A stretch of DNA of 60,711 nucleotides from Pelagibacteraceae bacterium (GTDB taxonomy: Bacteria; Pseudomonadota; Alphaproteobacteria; Pelagibacterales; Pelagibacteraceae). How positions within the stretch are numbered: the stretch's first letter is position 1; the number at the start of each line of letters is the position of its first letter. The notes below the pieces were generated by a model. It had not been told where the DNA came from and ran no database searches. It saw nothing but the letters and a program-made list of their open reading frames with translations. The translations under genes were made by a program, and so were the position numbers. Shown one piece after another: positions 11,001-20,323 of this stretch. The stretch spans positions 1 to 60,711 of the forward strand of contig VTPL01000001.1 of NCBI GenBank assembly GCA_008638165.1, written 5' to 3'.

Positions 11001-11050
11001 TATCTGATCCAGTTTTTTTAGATAAGGAGAATAAAAGATTAAATGCTTAA
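8045..11050 (+). CDS. soxA: Sarcosine oxidase alpha subunit
   Basis: GDTLASALLAN, RSFKYHRPRG, Rossmann GAGISG, KRYTTTGMGTDQGK, C-terminal GcvT-like folate-binding domain. Confidence 0.95.
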   Translation: MSTNSRLKTSKFIDETSRISFKFNNKTYYGFKGDTLASALLANDVHLVGRSFKYHRPRGIMTAGSEEPNAIVQINDGTAVTEPNVRATEVEIYEGLEASSQNCWPSVNFDIGGINNLLSPLLPAGFYYKTFMWPASFWEKYEYFIRKSAGLGKSPTQPDPDIYEHQYIHCDVLVIGAGISGIMAAKTAAKNGLKTLLVDEKPILGGNTIYKDNEDTSINNQTPSKWISDQINELEKLDNLEIKKRTSVAAYHGYNYLLARENLTDHLPIHERKNKIRQRLLKIRAKKVITSTGALERPLVFNNNDRPGILLASALKRYSDLFGVACGKKNVLFTNNDSAYETALSFINKGIKIEAIIDIRENPNSKLVKKIEENQIKIFKGYTVVDTSGYKRINKVSIMQLSKDGQKVVGNKIEIPCDCLGMSGGWTPAVHLFTQSGGKLSFREEDQVFIPKIYTSKQISLGSCNGDFSLDSIIKNIPGQLKQFFEINSTEFDNLDIESNEDLSKRNIWLLPSDKIFGKTKPFVDYQNDATAKDIKLALREGFRSIEHVKRYTTTGMGTDQGKLGNMHALGIIADTAGVKMGELGTTTFRPPYTPLTFGTIVGRNVGEYFDIFRKTPMHDWHEQNKAEFENVGQWKRAWYYPKNNENMHQAVQRESKAARDSAGILDASTLGKIDIQGTDASEFLNRVYTNAWSKLAIGKCRYGLMLNEDGMVYDDGVTTRLDENHYIMTTTTGGAANVLGKLEDYLQTEWPELDVYLTSVTDHYATASVCGPNSKKILQKIIPDLDLSDDNFPHMSFKNAKIDGVKCRIMRISFTGEHSYEINIPASYGKSLWEKCMEAGKEYNITPYGTETMHLLRAEKGFIIVGQDTDATLTPIDLQMDWIVSKKKYDFIGKRSLYRSDTIKEDRKQLVGLLTDDPNEVLEEGAQIVADANKKPIEMLGHVTSSYYSPNLNKSIALGVVRGGKKMLGQKLIIPMENKNINVTVSDPVFLDKENKRLNA

Positions 11051-11600
11051 TTTTCAAACTGCAATAAATGATCAAAAAAATTTTTCAGAGATCAAATTAA
11101 ATGAAATTTCTCCAATCAGAAAACTAATCTTAAGAGGTAAGAGTAGAGAATTTTTATCTGCAGTTGGAAAAACAATTAATATACTGCTTCCAACAGAACC
11201 TAATACCTCTTCATCTAATGGTGAAATAACTATTATTTGGCTTAGTCCAGATGAATGGATAATTTTTTCTAATTCTATTGATAACCAAGATTTTAATCAA
11301 ATAGAGGAAAAATTAGTTCAAAATATTTGTAAAACAAAATTAGGGGCTGTCATTGATGTCACTGACCAATTTGTGATGATAAATTTAACTGGAAATAAAA
11401 TATTTGATCTTTTTCAAAAAGGATCTCCTTTTAATTTTAATGAATTTAGAAATAAGAAAGGTGCAACCACACAAACTTTATTAGCTAAAATAGATGTGAT
11501 TATTCAAAATAAAGATCAAAACGATATAAATGTCTTCGTTAGAAGATCTTTTTCTAGACATTTATACTCTTGGATGAGCGATAGTGCGTCAAGATTATAG
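11043..11600 (+). CDS. soxG: Sarcosine oxidase gamma subunit
   Basis: WLSPDEW, DVTDQF, VRRSFS motifs; position after soxA. Confidence 0.9.
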   Translation: MLNFQTAINDQKNFSEIKLNEISPIRKLILRGKSREFLSAVGKTINILLPTEPNTSSSNGEITIIWLSPDEWIIFSNSIDNQDFNQIEEKLVQNICKTKLGAVIDVTDQFVMINLTGNKIFDLFQKGSPFNFNEFRNKKGATTQTLLAKIDVIIQNKDQNDINVFVRRSFSRHLYSWMSDSASRL

Positions 11601-11636
11601 GTAATAATATAAATTCAATTAAGTTACAGATAGTTT

Positions 11637-12404
11637 ATGAAAAAACTATTATATATAGTGCTTTTTGCACTTTTACCCTTTTCTCTCAATGCAGAGTCTA
11701 ATTTAGATAAAATTTTATCCGCAGGTGTTTTAAAAGTTGGAACAACTGGAGACTGGGATCCTATGACTATGAAAGATCCAGCAACAAATAAATATAAAGG
11801 GTTTGATATTGATGTAATGAGCGAACTGGCTAAAGATATGGGTGTAAAAGTTGAATTTGTGCCAGCAGAATGGAAAACTATTGTTTCTGGCATCACATCT
11901 GAGAGATATGATATTTCTACAAGCGTAACTAAAACTCCAAAAAGAGCTGAGGTAGCAGGATTCACAGATACCTATTATAAATATGGAACAGTGCCATTAG
12001 TTCTTAAAAAGAATTTAAATAAATTTTCAACATGGGAATCTCTTAATAATTCAAATGTAACAATTGCAACGACATTAGGAACTTCGCAGGAAGAAAAAGC
12101 TAAAGAATTTTTTCCTAAATCAAAGTTAAATTCAGTTGAAGCTCCAGCTAGAGATTTTCAAGAAGTTTTAGCTGGTAGAGCGGATGGTAATATCACAAGT
12201 TCTACAGAAGCAAATAAATTAGTAATCAAATATCCACAATTAGCGATAGTTCCGGATGGAGAAAAAAATCCTGCATATTTAGCAATGATGGTTCCTAAGG
12301 GTGATGATAAATGGAACAATTATGTCAATGACTGGATAAAAAAGAAAAAATCATCAGGTTTTTTTACAGAGTTATTAACTAAATATAATCTAAAAAGTTT
12401 ATAA
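11637..12404 (+). CDS. Periplasmic solute-binding protein, family 3 (cyclohexadienyl-dehydratase-like, ligand unknown)
   Basis: Signal peptide; [28 protein letters not shown]; typical amino-acid SBP pattern. Confidence 0.88.
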   Translation: MKKLLYIVLFALLPFSLNAESNLDKILSAGVLKVGTTGDWDPMTMKDPATNKYKGFDIDVMSELAKDMGVKVEFVPAEWKTIVSGITSERYDISTSVTKTPKRAEVAGFTDTYYKYGTVPLVLKKNLNKFSTWESLNNSNVTIATTLGTSQEEKAKEFFPKSKLNSVEAPARDFQEVLAGRADGNITSSTEANKLVIKYPQLAIVPDGEKNPAYLAMMVPKGDDKWNNYVNDWIKKKKSSGFFTELLTKYNLKSL

Positions 12405-12444
12405 TAAATTAGTAATTAATTTTTAATTCTTTATAAATTAGAAA

Positions 12445-13176
12445 GTGAAAAAATTATTTTTTTTACTTCTGATACTGCCATTATCATCCTGTGGTAAAAG
12501 TGAACTTAATTGGTTAATTTTATCTCCAAATAATGTTGAAGGTTTAACTAATCTAAAATTTTTATTAAGTGGTTTAACTACAACAATTTTTATCTCTGTT
12601 GTTTCAATAATAATTTCTATGATATTAGGATTTATTGTTGCAGTACCCTCATTGGCAAAAAATAAATATCTAACTTACATCAATATTGGTTATGTGGAAA
12701 TTGTTAGAGCAGTACCTTTACTGGTTTTAATTTTGTGGATTTATTATGGTCTACCTATTATGACAGGCATAAGCTTTAGTCCATTTGTGTCCGGTATCAT
12801 TGCCCTATCCATTAGTGAAAGTGCTTTTCAAGCTGAAATATTCAGAGCTGGTATAAATTCAATTAAAAAAGCTCAATGGGAAGCAGGAAGTTCTTTGGGT
12901 TTGGGGTTTTTTAGAAAATTAAGATTAGTAATTTTACCTCAAGCAATTAAAAATATTTTACCTGCAATAGGAAATCAATTTGTATATGTATTAAAGATGT
13001 CTTCACTTGTTTCAATAATAGGAATTGGTGACCTTACAAGAAAAGCTAATGAATTAGTAGTAACCACATATAGACCGTTAGAAATATATACTTTTTTGAT
13101 TTTAGAATATTTAGTTTTAATTTTGATAGTTTCTTATTTGGTAAGAAGACTAGAAAAAAAATTAAAAAAAGATTAA
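12445..13176 (+). CDS. Amino-acid ABC transporter permease (HisM/GlnP family) with N-terminal lipobox-like signal
   Basis: YVEIVRAVPLLV, AEIFRAGI, EAA loop QWEAGSSLG, ILPQA; GTG start. Confidence 0.92.
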   Translation: MKKLFFLLLILPLSSCGKSELNWLILSPNNVEGLTNLKFLLSGLTTTIFISVVSIIISMILGFIVAVPSLAKNKYLTYINIGYVEIVRAVPLLVLILWIYYGLPIMTGISFSPFVSGIIALSISESAFQAEIFRAGINSIKKAQWEAGSSLGLGFFRKLRLVILPQAIKNILPAIGNQFVYVLKMSSLVSIIGIGDLTRKANELVVTTYRPLEIYTFLILEYLVLILIVSYLVRRLEKKLKKD

Positions 13177-13655
13177 TTTTTTTTTCTATATTCCCAGGGA
13201 TATTCAAATGACATTGACCACATGCCTTTATTATTTTCTTTGGCAAACTCTTCATCCTTAACAAATTTTTCTGAATATTTTCTGTAGGCAAAAGCATATC
13301 CTTCTCTAACCAAATAACTTGATATACTTAAATCACCCACAAAACACTCTGCTAATGTCCTTTTGTATTGATCTTTTCCCTCAGAAATACAATTAACATC
13401 ACGATTATTAATAATTTTGGCCAATAAATTTTTAGCTTCCAATCCACAAAAGAATATTTCTTTATTAGCAAGACAAGTTTGTTTTAGTTCAGGCGTATCT
13501 ATGCCGCTAAATCTAATTTTTTCGCCATTAAGATGAATCGTATCACCATCGACTATCTTTATATCAGAAGATTTAGCATTACTGATATTTAATAAAAATA
13601 AAAAGATTAAAGCTAGACTAGAAACTAAAAAGAGGTTTTTTTTGTTTAAATACAT
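13173..13655 (-). CDS. Thermonuclease (SNase-like) family protein, exported
   Basis: Signal peptide; VDGDT, IRFSGIDTPE, DQYKRTLA, LVREGYA, A..NNKGMW. Confidence 0.92.
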   Translation of the reverse strand: MYLNKKNLFLVSSLALIFLFLLNISNAKSSDIKIVDGDTIHLNGEKIRFSGIDTPELKQTCLANKEIFFCGLEAKNLLAKIINNRDVNCISEGKDQYKRTLAECFVGDLSISSYLVREGYAFAYRKYSEKFVKDEEFAKENNKGMWSMSFEYPWEYRKKN

Positions 13656-14988
13656 TGTTTAAGAAATAACCAATAAATAACAAAACAGCAATTCCCATTA
13701 TCCAATTAGTGGCCATAATAGTATAAAAAATATCTTTATACTCTCCGCCTCTAATATTAATGACATACCACAAACTTAAAAAAGGAAATGCTGTTAATCT
13801 TAGAATACTTAAATAAAGACTAAACAATGGTTTTTTTACTGCTTGAAATACTGCTGTGGTAATAAAAAAAGCAGGATAAATTGGACCTATTAAGGCAGCA
13901 ATTTTTAAATAAATTACACCATGTTTTATTGCTTCAGTATTGTCTGTAAACAAAGATACAAAAAATTCAGCACCAAAAAATAGTATTACTCCCGCTAAGG
14001 CCATAAATGAGGATCCAAAAATTAATGCTTTAAAATAAAGCTCTCTAATTCTATTAAAAGCTTTTGCTCCAAAATTTTGACCGCCAATAGATAAAACTGC
14101 TGTATTTAGTCCAATAACAGGTAATAAAAAAACTTGTTCAATTCTTAATGCAGCACCATAACCAGCAGTAGCTAAGTCACCAAATTGTCCAATAAAATAT
14201 AAAATATTAAATATTCCAACTCCAATGAACAACATGCTAAACATTACGGGGACTGCTTGTTTGGTTAATGAAATTAAATAATTATATTTTGGAATAAAGC
14301 ACTCAAGCTTTAAATATTTTCTTATTTTACAATTATATACTTTATAGGCCAAATAAATAGTTCCAATTAATTGTGAAATAACAGTGGCTATTGCAAGACC
14401 TGAAATACCGAATGCAGGTATAAATCCATACCCCCAAATAAAAAGTGGATTTAAAAATATATTTAGAAAAAAACTAAAAATTAAAACATTTCTGTAACTT
14501 CTGGTGTCGCCTTGTGCATTCAAAGTTCCATTAAGAGAAATTTGTATAAGAACTATAAATGTTCCATAAAAAATTATATCTAAATACTGTCTGGTTAGAA
14601 AAATACCTGCAGCGTCTGCACCCATTACACTTAATAAAAAGTTTGATGCGTTCAAACCAAATAATGTTACTAAAATTGAAATAAATAAAGCGAAAATAAG
14701 AGATTGCGCAATATACATAGAAGCAATTCTAGTTTTTTTCTCACCTAAAGAATTTCCAATCAAAGCATTTGTTCCAGCACCTACTCCAACGCCAACAGCA
14801 ATAATTGTAAAGTATATTGGGAAAGATTTAGCTATCGCACCAATTGCTTCGGCAGAGATTTTACCCGCAAACCAAGTATCGACTAAATTATAGAAAGTTT
14901 GAAATAATGATCCAACACTTGCTGGAACAGTTACTTTTCTTAATAAGATCCATATTGGATCTTTAGTTAGATTTATAGATTTAGACAA
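13618..14988 (-). CDS. MATE family efflux transporter
   Basis: YNLVDTWFAG, GDTRS, LNPLFIWG...GISGLAIAT, GQNFGAK; about 12 hydrophobic segments; TTG start. Confidence 0.9.
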   Translation of the reverse strand: MSKSINLTKDPIWILLRKVTVPASVGSLFQTFYNLVDTWFAGKISAEAIGAIAKSFPIYFTIIAVGVGVGAGTNALIGNSLGEKKTRIASMYIAQSLIFALFISILVTLFGLNASNFLLSVMGADAAGIFLTRQYLDIIFYGTFIVLIQISLNGTLNAQGDTRSYRNVLIFSFFLNIFLNPLFIWGYGFIPAFGISGLAIATVISQLIGTIYLAYKVYNCKIRKYLKLECFIPKYNYLISLTKQAVPVMFSMLFIGVGIFNILYFIGQFGDLATAGYGAALRIEQVFLLPVIGLNTAVLSIGGQNFGAKAFNRIRELYFKALIFGSSFMALAGVILFFGAEFFVSLFTDNTEAIKHGVIYLKIAALIGPIYPAFFITTAVFQAVKKPLFSLYLSILRLTAFPFLSLWYVINIRGGEYKDIFYTIMATNWIMGIAVLLFIGYFLNNVFKQKKPLFSF

Positions 14989-14996
14989 AATTACCT

Positions 14997-15905
14997 TTAT
15001 TTATATTCTTTTTGAAAAATATGTTTTTGACCTGATTTTTTAGCTTTATATATCTGACTTTGTCTCATTCTAAAACGAGATTTTTGCTCAGGTGTTAATT
15101 TATCATAACAACTAGGACATGAAACACCCTCCTCATATTTTTTAGATTTTCTATCTTTTGAAGAAATTGGTTTTCTGCATCCACTACACATTTTAAAGGT
15201 TCCTGTCTTTAAACCATGTTTAAGACTTATTCGGTTATCAAAAACAAAACACTCACCTTTCCATAAACTGTCTTTTTTTTTAATCTTTTGAAGATAATTT
15301 AAAATGCCTCCATTTAATTGATAAATATTATTAAAGCCTTTCTTTTTTAAATAGACAGAAGTTTTCTCACATCTAACGCCTCCAGTACAAAACATTGCAA
15401 CAGGTTTATCTTTTTTTAATTTATTTAAGTACTTTGGAAAATCTCTAAAATTATTAATATTTGGATTTATTGATTTCTTAAATGTACCAACTTCGTATTC
15501 AAATGGTTTTCTAGTATCAATTATATACGTATCTTTTTTTTTAATTAATTTATTCCACTCTTTAGGTTCTAGATGACTAGATACAATTCTTTCTTTAGAA
15601 TTTATAATTAAATTCATAGGAACTATTTCTTTTTTGATTTTAACTTTTGGTTTGAGAAATGGTTGAAATAAAGATTTTGACTTATTATTATTATCAAAAT
15701 TTTTAAAATTAAATAACAGTTGAATTTTCTTAATTACTGCATCTAAATTTTCTTTCTGTCCAGATATAGTTCCATTTAAACCTTCTTTTGAGATAATAAT
15801 AGTTCCTCTAATATTATTCTTGATGAGAAGATCATGTAAAAAAGTTTTATTTTTTTTTAATGAATTAATTTTTTTAAACTTATAAAAACCAAATACATCA
15901 AACAT
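14997..15905 (-). CDS. trhO: tRNA uridine(34) hydroxylase TrhO (UPF0176 rhodanese family)
   Basis: GTIIISKEGLNGT, KKEIV, FCTGGVRCEK, LNGGILNY, WKGECFVFDNR, C-terminal Cys cluster. Confidence 0.88.
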   Translation of the reverse strand: MFDVFGFYKFKKINSLKKNKTFLHDLLIKNNIRGTIIISKEGLNGTISGQKENLDAVIKKIQLLFNFKNFDNNNKSKSLFQPFLKPKVKIKKEIVPMNLIINSKERIVSSHLEPKEWNKLIKKKDTYIIDTRKPFEYEVGTFKKSINPNINNFRDFPKYLNKLKKDKPVAMFCTGGVRCEKTSVYLKKKGFNNIYQLNGGILNYLQKIKKKDSLWKGECFVFDNRISLKHGLKTGTFKMCSGCRKPISSKDRKSKKYEEGVSCPSCYDKLTPEQKSRFRMRQSQIYKAKKSGQKHIFQKEYK

Positions 15906-16555
15906 TATAAAACTCTACATATAGTCATACCATCACCTAATGGCATTATAATCTGTTCAACTCTACTATCTTCATTAACAAGCTTATTAAATTCTCTTAT
16001 ATTGATTGTAAATTTATCATTATTCTTTTCATCAGCCACCTCACCATGCCATAAAACATTATCAATAATTATAAGCCCACCCTTTTTAATAAGTTCTAAA
16101 GATTTTTCATAATATTGTTTATAATTCATTTTATCTGCGTCTATAAAAATCATATCAAATTCATTTTTATTTAATTCTTCTAAAGTTTCTAAAGCAGGTT
16201 TTACTATTGTCTTAATTTTATGATCTTGTTTAGCTTTTTTAAAAAATTTTAAAGCCAATTCATTGGTTTTTTCATTTTTATCTAATGCAATCAATTTTCC
16301 ATCTTCTGGTAACGCTAAAGAAATTGACAGAGCACTTAGACCTGTAAAAGTGCCTATTTCAAGAACATTTTTAATATTTGAAATTTTTATAATTAGATGA
16401 AGAAAATGACATTGTGTAGGGTCAATTTGCATTCTCTTGATGTCACCTAATGTCTTGTTGTAATTAATTATTTCAAGCTGAACAGGATTTAACTTTAAAC
16501 TAAAATTGCTAATGTAAGATTGTAATTTTTCCGAAATATCTAGGTTTACACCCAT
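15905..16555 (-). CDS. SAM-dependent O-methyltransferase (COMT/CCoAOMT, Methyltransf_3 family)
   Basis: VLEIGTFTGLS, FIDADKMNY, GGLIIIDNVLWHG, PLGDG. Confidence 0.92.
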   Translation of the reverse strand: MGVNLDISEKLQSYISNFSLKLNPVQLEIINYNKTLGDIKRMQIDPTQCHFLHLIIKISNIKNVLEIGTFTGLSALSISLALPEDGKLIALDKNEKTNELALKFFKKAKQDHKIKTIVKPALETLEELNKNEFDMIFIDADKMNYKQYYEKSLELIKKGGLIIIDNVLWHGEVADEKNNDKFTINIREFNKLVNEDSRVEQIIMPLGDGMTICRVL

Positions 16556-16559
16556 ATTA

Positions 16560-18035
16560 TTAAAGTTTTTTCTTTAACAGCTCATTAATTAATTGAGGAT
16601 TAGCTTTACCGCCAGATGCCTTCATAGCTTGGCCAACAAAAAAACCAAACAACTTTTCTTTACCCTGTTTGTATTCAACTGCTTTATCTCTATTATCATT
16701 GATAATCTTATCTATAAGGGCTTCTAATGCTTTGGGGTCACTTTGCTGTTTTAAACCTTTTTCTTCAACAATTTTTTGAGGATCTTTATCTCCATCAATC
16801 ATTAATTCAAAAACAGTTTTTGCTATTTTTCCAGAAATAGTTCCATTCTTTATTAAATTTATTAATATTGCTAAGTTTTTAGCACTTATAGGGCTTTGAG
16901 AAATTTCAATATTTTTACTATTCAATAAAGCAAACAGTTCGCCAGTTATCCAATTAACAGCCAACTTAATATCTCTATTTTTACCCATCTTCGCTACTAC
17001 TTCTTCAAAATATTTTGCTATTTCTATATCCGAAACTAGAATTGTAGCTTCGTAAGCTGATAAATTGAATTCATCAATAAATCTCTTTTTCTTATCGTCA
17101 GGTAATTCAGGAATATTAGATTTAATATTGTTAATAAATTCATCGGTAACTTCTAAAGGTAATAAATCTGGATCAGGAAAATACCTATAGTCGTGAGCGT
17201 CTTCTTTAGATCTCATTGATCTAGTTTCATTCTTTTTGGTATCGAACAGTCTTGTTTCTTGATCAATCGATTTACCGTCCTCAATTAAATCAACTTGTCT
17301 ATTAGCTTCATACTCTATAGCCATTTGCATAAATTTTATTGAGTTTACATTTTTTATCTCACATCTTGTGCCATATTCTTTTGATTTTATAGGTCTAACA
17401 GAAACATTAACATCTGCTCTTAGAGAGCCTTCTTGCATATTTCCATCACAAGTTCCTAAGTATCTCATAATTGATCTTAGTTTTTTAATATATGCGCTTA
17501 CTTCATCGGGTGATCTTAAATCCGGTTTACTAACAATTTCCATTAATGCAACACCTGATCTATTTAAATCTACAAATGTATTTTGTGGATCTAAATCGTG
17601 TATACTTTTTCCAGCATCTTGTTCTAAATGAAGCCTTTCTATACCAACTTCTTTTTGTCCATTTGGCATATCTAAAATGACTTTGCCCTCACCTACTATT
17701 GGATCTTTAAATTGTGAAATTTGATACCCTTGTGGTAAATCTGCATAAAAATAATTTTTTCTATCAAATACTGATCTTTTATTAATTTGTGCATTAAGAC
17801 CTATGCCAGTTTTTATTGCTTGTTTAACACAGTATTCATTAATAACTGGTAACATTCCTGGAAATGCAGCATCAACTAAACTTACTTGCGTGTTAGGTTC
17901 AGATCCAAACTTTGTTGAAGATGATGAAAAAAGTTTTGAATTCGAGGTTACTTGTGCATGAACTTCCAAACCAATAACTACTTCATATTGGTTGTCACCT
18001 CGGTTAATTAGATATTCTGAACTATCTTTACTCAC
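16560..18035 (-). CDS. gatB: Asp/Glu-tRNA amidotransferase subunit B
   Basis: [36 protein letters not shown]. Likely GTG start at 18035 overlapping the gatA TGA (track start 18047). Confidence 0.97.
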   Translation of the reverse strand: MSKDSSEYLINRGDNQYEVVIGLEVHAQVTSNSKLFSSSSTKFGSEPNTQVSLVDAAFPGMLPVINEYCVKQAIKTGIGLNAQINKRSVFDRKNYFYADLPQGYQISQFKDPIVGEGKVILDMPNGQKEVGIERLHLEQDAGKSIHDLDPQNTFVDLNRSGVALMEIVSKPDLRSPDEVSAYIKKLRSIMRYLGTCDGNMQEGSLRADVNVSVRPIKSKEYGTRCEIKNVNSIKFMQMAIEYEANRQVDLIEDGKSIDQETRLFDTKKNETRSMRSKEDAHDYRYFPDPDLLPLEVTDEFINNIKSNIPELPDDKKKRFIDEFNLSAYEATILVSDIEIAKYFEEVVAKMGKNRDIKLAVNWITGELFALLNSKNIEISQSPISAKNLAILINLIKNGTISGKIAKTVFELMIDGDKDPQKIVEEKGLKQQSDPKALEALIDKIINDNRDKAVEYKQGKEKLFGFFVGQAMKASGGKANPQLINELLKKKL

Positions 18036-19489
18036 TTCATCCACCAATCTGAAATTTTATTTTCAAAACCTATTTTTTCCTCCATTGCGTATGCAATATT
18101 TAATAAGTTTTGTTCATCAAAAGCTTTACCAATTAATTGTAAACCTAACGGATATCCTTTTTTATCATGACCAGCTGGTATAGATATTCCTGGAAGACCA
18201 GCTAAATTAACTGGCACAGTAAAAATATCATTTAAATACATAGAAATTGGATCATTTGTTTTTTCTCCAATTTTAAATGCTGAACTTGGTGTTGATGGAG
18301 TTAAAATTGCATCAACATTTTTATAAGCCTCATCAAAATCAGATTTAATCAATTTTCTAACTTTTTGGGCTTTTAAATAATAAGCATCATAATAACCAGA
18401 TGAAAGAACATAGGTTCCTATCATTATTCTTCGTTGAACTTCAGAACCAAATCCCTCAGATCTAGTTTTTTCATACATATCTATTAAGTTTATACCGTCA
18501 GCTCTAAATCCGTATTTTACTCCATCATATCTAGCTAAATTTGATGAAGCTTCAGCAGGTGCAACAATGTAATAAGTTGGTAAAGCATAATTTGTATGTG
18601 GAAGAGAAATATCAATTATTTCAGCACCACAATCTTTTACATATTCAATTCCTTTTTTCCACAATTCTTCAATTTCTTCTGGCATTCCATCAACTCTATA
18701 TTCTTTTGGAATTCCAATTTTTTTTCCTTTAATATTATTGTTTAATTCTTTGCTGTATTCATTTCTTTTAAAATCAATTGATGTTGAATCTTTTGAGTCG
18801 TAAGAACTTATGATTTCATGCAGTAATGCACAGTCTTTAACATTTTGTGACATAGGACCAGCTTGATCAAGAGAAGATGCAAAAGCAACTATTCCATAAC
18901 GAGAACAACTTCCATAAGTAGGTTTTAACCCAACGGTACCAGTAAATGATGCAGGTTGTCTAATTGATCCACCAGTATCAGTGCCAATTGTAATAGGTGT
19001 TAAGTGAGCGGCTAAAGCTGATGCAGATCCTCCAGATGAACCACCTGGTACTAAATTTTCATCTATAGGATTTTGAACATTTCCAAAAAAACTAGTTTCA
19101 TTTGAAGATCCCATTGCAAATTCATCACAATTTAATTTTCCTAACAATATAGCACCTTCATTCCACATATTTTGTGTAACTGTTGACTCGTAAGGGGGAA
19201 TAAAATTATTTAATATTTTACTTCCAGCAGTAGTTTTTACATCTTTAGTGCAAAATAAATCCTTAACCGCAATAGGAATACCCGGTAATTTTAAATCTAA
19301 ATTAGGTTTTTCATCAAATTGCTTAGCTTTATTTAAAGCATTTTCAAAATTATCAGTAATATAAGTATTAAGTTTTTTAGATTTTTCTGATCTTTCAATA
19401 AATGATTTGGTTATCTCTTCAGATGATAATTCTTTTTTTTTAACTTTATCTACCAAACTTGTAAGTGATAAGGATGTAATATCAGTCAT
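18032..19489 (-). CDS. gatA: Asp/Glu-tRNA amidotransferase subunit A
   Basis: Amidase signature PGGSSGGS...[12 protein letters not shown]; SSNLARYDG. Confidence 0.97.
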   Translation of the reverse strand: MTDITSLSLTSLVDKVKKKELSSEEITKSFIERSEKSKKLNTYITDNFENALNKAKQFDEKPNLDLKLPGIPIAVKDLFCTKDVKTTAGSKILNNFIPPYESTVTQNMWNEGAILLGKLNCDEFAMGSSNETSFFGNVQNPIDENLVPGGSSGGSASALAAHLTPITIGTDTGGSIRQPASFTGTVGLKPTYGSCSRYGIVAFASSLDQAGPMSQNVKDCALLHEIISSYDSKDSTSIDFKRNEYSKELNNNIKGKKIGIPKEYRVDGMPEEIEELWKKGIEYVKDCGAEIIDISLPHTNYALPTYYIVAPAEASSNLARYDGVKYGFRADGINLIDMYEKTRSEGFGSEVQRRIMIGTYVLSSGYYDAYYLKAQKVRKLIKSDFDEAYKNVDAILTPSTPSSAFKIGEKTNDPISMYLNDIFTVPVNLAGLPGISIPAGHDKKGYPLGLQLIGKAFDEQNLLNIAYAMEEKIGFENKISDWWMK

Positions 19490-19776
19490 TATTCTATTAC
19501 CTTTGGAACAACAAAATAATCTTCATTACTATCAGGTGAATTTTTTATAATTTGCTCTCTTATATTTTCACTTTTGACTTCGTCAGGTCTAAGTTTTAAA
19601 GTTGTTTCAGCTACAGATGTTAATGGCTCAACATTATCAGTTTTTAATTCATTTAATTTTTCAATAAACTCAAATATTGAACTTAAATCTTTTGCTAATT
19701 TATTAGCTCTTTCCTCATCTACGGAAATTCTGGATAATTTTGATATATGCTTAATTGTTTTAAGATCTATACTCAT
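19489..19776 (-). CDS. gatC: Asp/Glu-tRNA amidotransferase subunit C
   Basis: [17 protein letters not shown]...VEPL...FVVPKVIE, 95 aa from ATG 19776. The longer track ORF runs into ruvX. Confidence 0.93.
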   Translation of the reverse strand: MSIDLKTIKHISKLSRISVDEERANKLAKDLSSIFEFIEKLNELKTDNVEPLTSVAETTLKLRPDEVKSENIREQIIKNSPDSNEDYFVVPKVIE

Positions 19777-19825
19777 ATGATAAATAATTTGTGGCAAACT
19801 ATCACTTAAGTAAAAAATATACAAT

Positions 19826-20281
19826 ATGATCAAAATTGAAGATTTTAAAAAAATTAATTCTAAGAAAACCAGATTAATTGGTCTTGATCTTGGATCAAAA
19901 AGGATCGGTGTATCAATTTGTGATGAAAAACGAATGATTGCTACTCCCTTCAAAACTATTCATAAAACAACTGGCAAGAATTTTATTGAGCAAATAAAAG
20001 AAATTGTTGATGAAAATGAGATTGGGGGGATTATAGTTGGAAATCCTTTAAATATGGATGGATCATTAGGTAGATCTGCTCAATCTGTAAACGATGTTAT
20101 TAGAAATATTAAAAATGTTATAGATATTCCAATTATTCTTTGGGATGAAAGATTATCAACCGTTGGAGCTTTTAATTTATCTAGTCAGATAGGTATTAAT
20201 GTTAGCAAAAGAGAGAAAAAAATTGATGAAAATGCTGCAGCCTTTATACTTCAAGGTGCAATTGATTTTTTGAACAATTAA
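19826..20281 (+). CDS. ruvX: YqgF/RuvX family RNase H-fold nuclease (pre-16S rRNA processing)
   Basis: GLDLGSKRIG, GNPLNMDG, WDERLST, D..AAAFILQ. Confidence 0.93.
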   Translation: MIKIEDFKKINSKKTRLIGLDLGSKRIGVSICDEKRMIATPFKTIHKTTGKNFIEQIKEIVDENEIGGIIVGNPLNMDGSLGRSAQSVNDVIRNIKNVIDIPIILWDERLSTVGAFNLSSQIGINVSKREKKIDENAAAFILQGAIDFLNN

Positions 20282-20284
20282 CAC

Positions 20285-20313
20285 TTGCTATAGTAAAGCA
20301 TTATAGTTATAGA
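20285..20313 (+). promoter_or_regulatory. Putative sigma70 promoter of the pyrB operon
   Basis: TTGCTA-N17-TATAGA ending 10 bp before ATG 20324. Confidence 0.35.
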
Positions 20314-20323
20314 GTTGGTTTTA

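Noticed and set aside
11637-12404. Calling the SBP a true cyclohexadienyl dehydratase (pheC)
   Set aside because: It is adjacent to a permease and resembles the non-catalytic relatives; enzyme activity cannot be supported from sequence.
6359-13176. tRNA-Ser as the integration site of a sox/transporter island
   Set aside because: The tRNA 3' end faces slt rather than sox. I saw no integrase, no duplicated tRNA 3' end and no evident compositional shift.
19777-19953. 59-aa N-terminal extension of GatC in the ORF track
   Set aside because: It overlaps the divergent ruvX; GatC similarity begins at ATG 19776.
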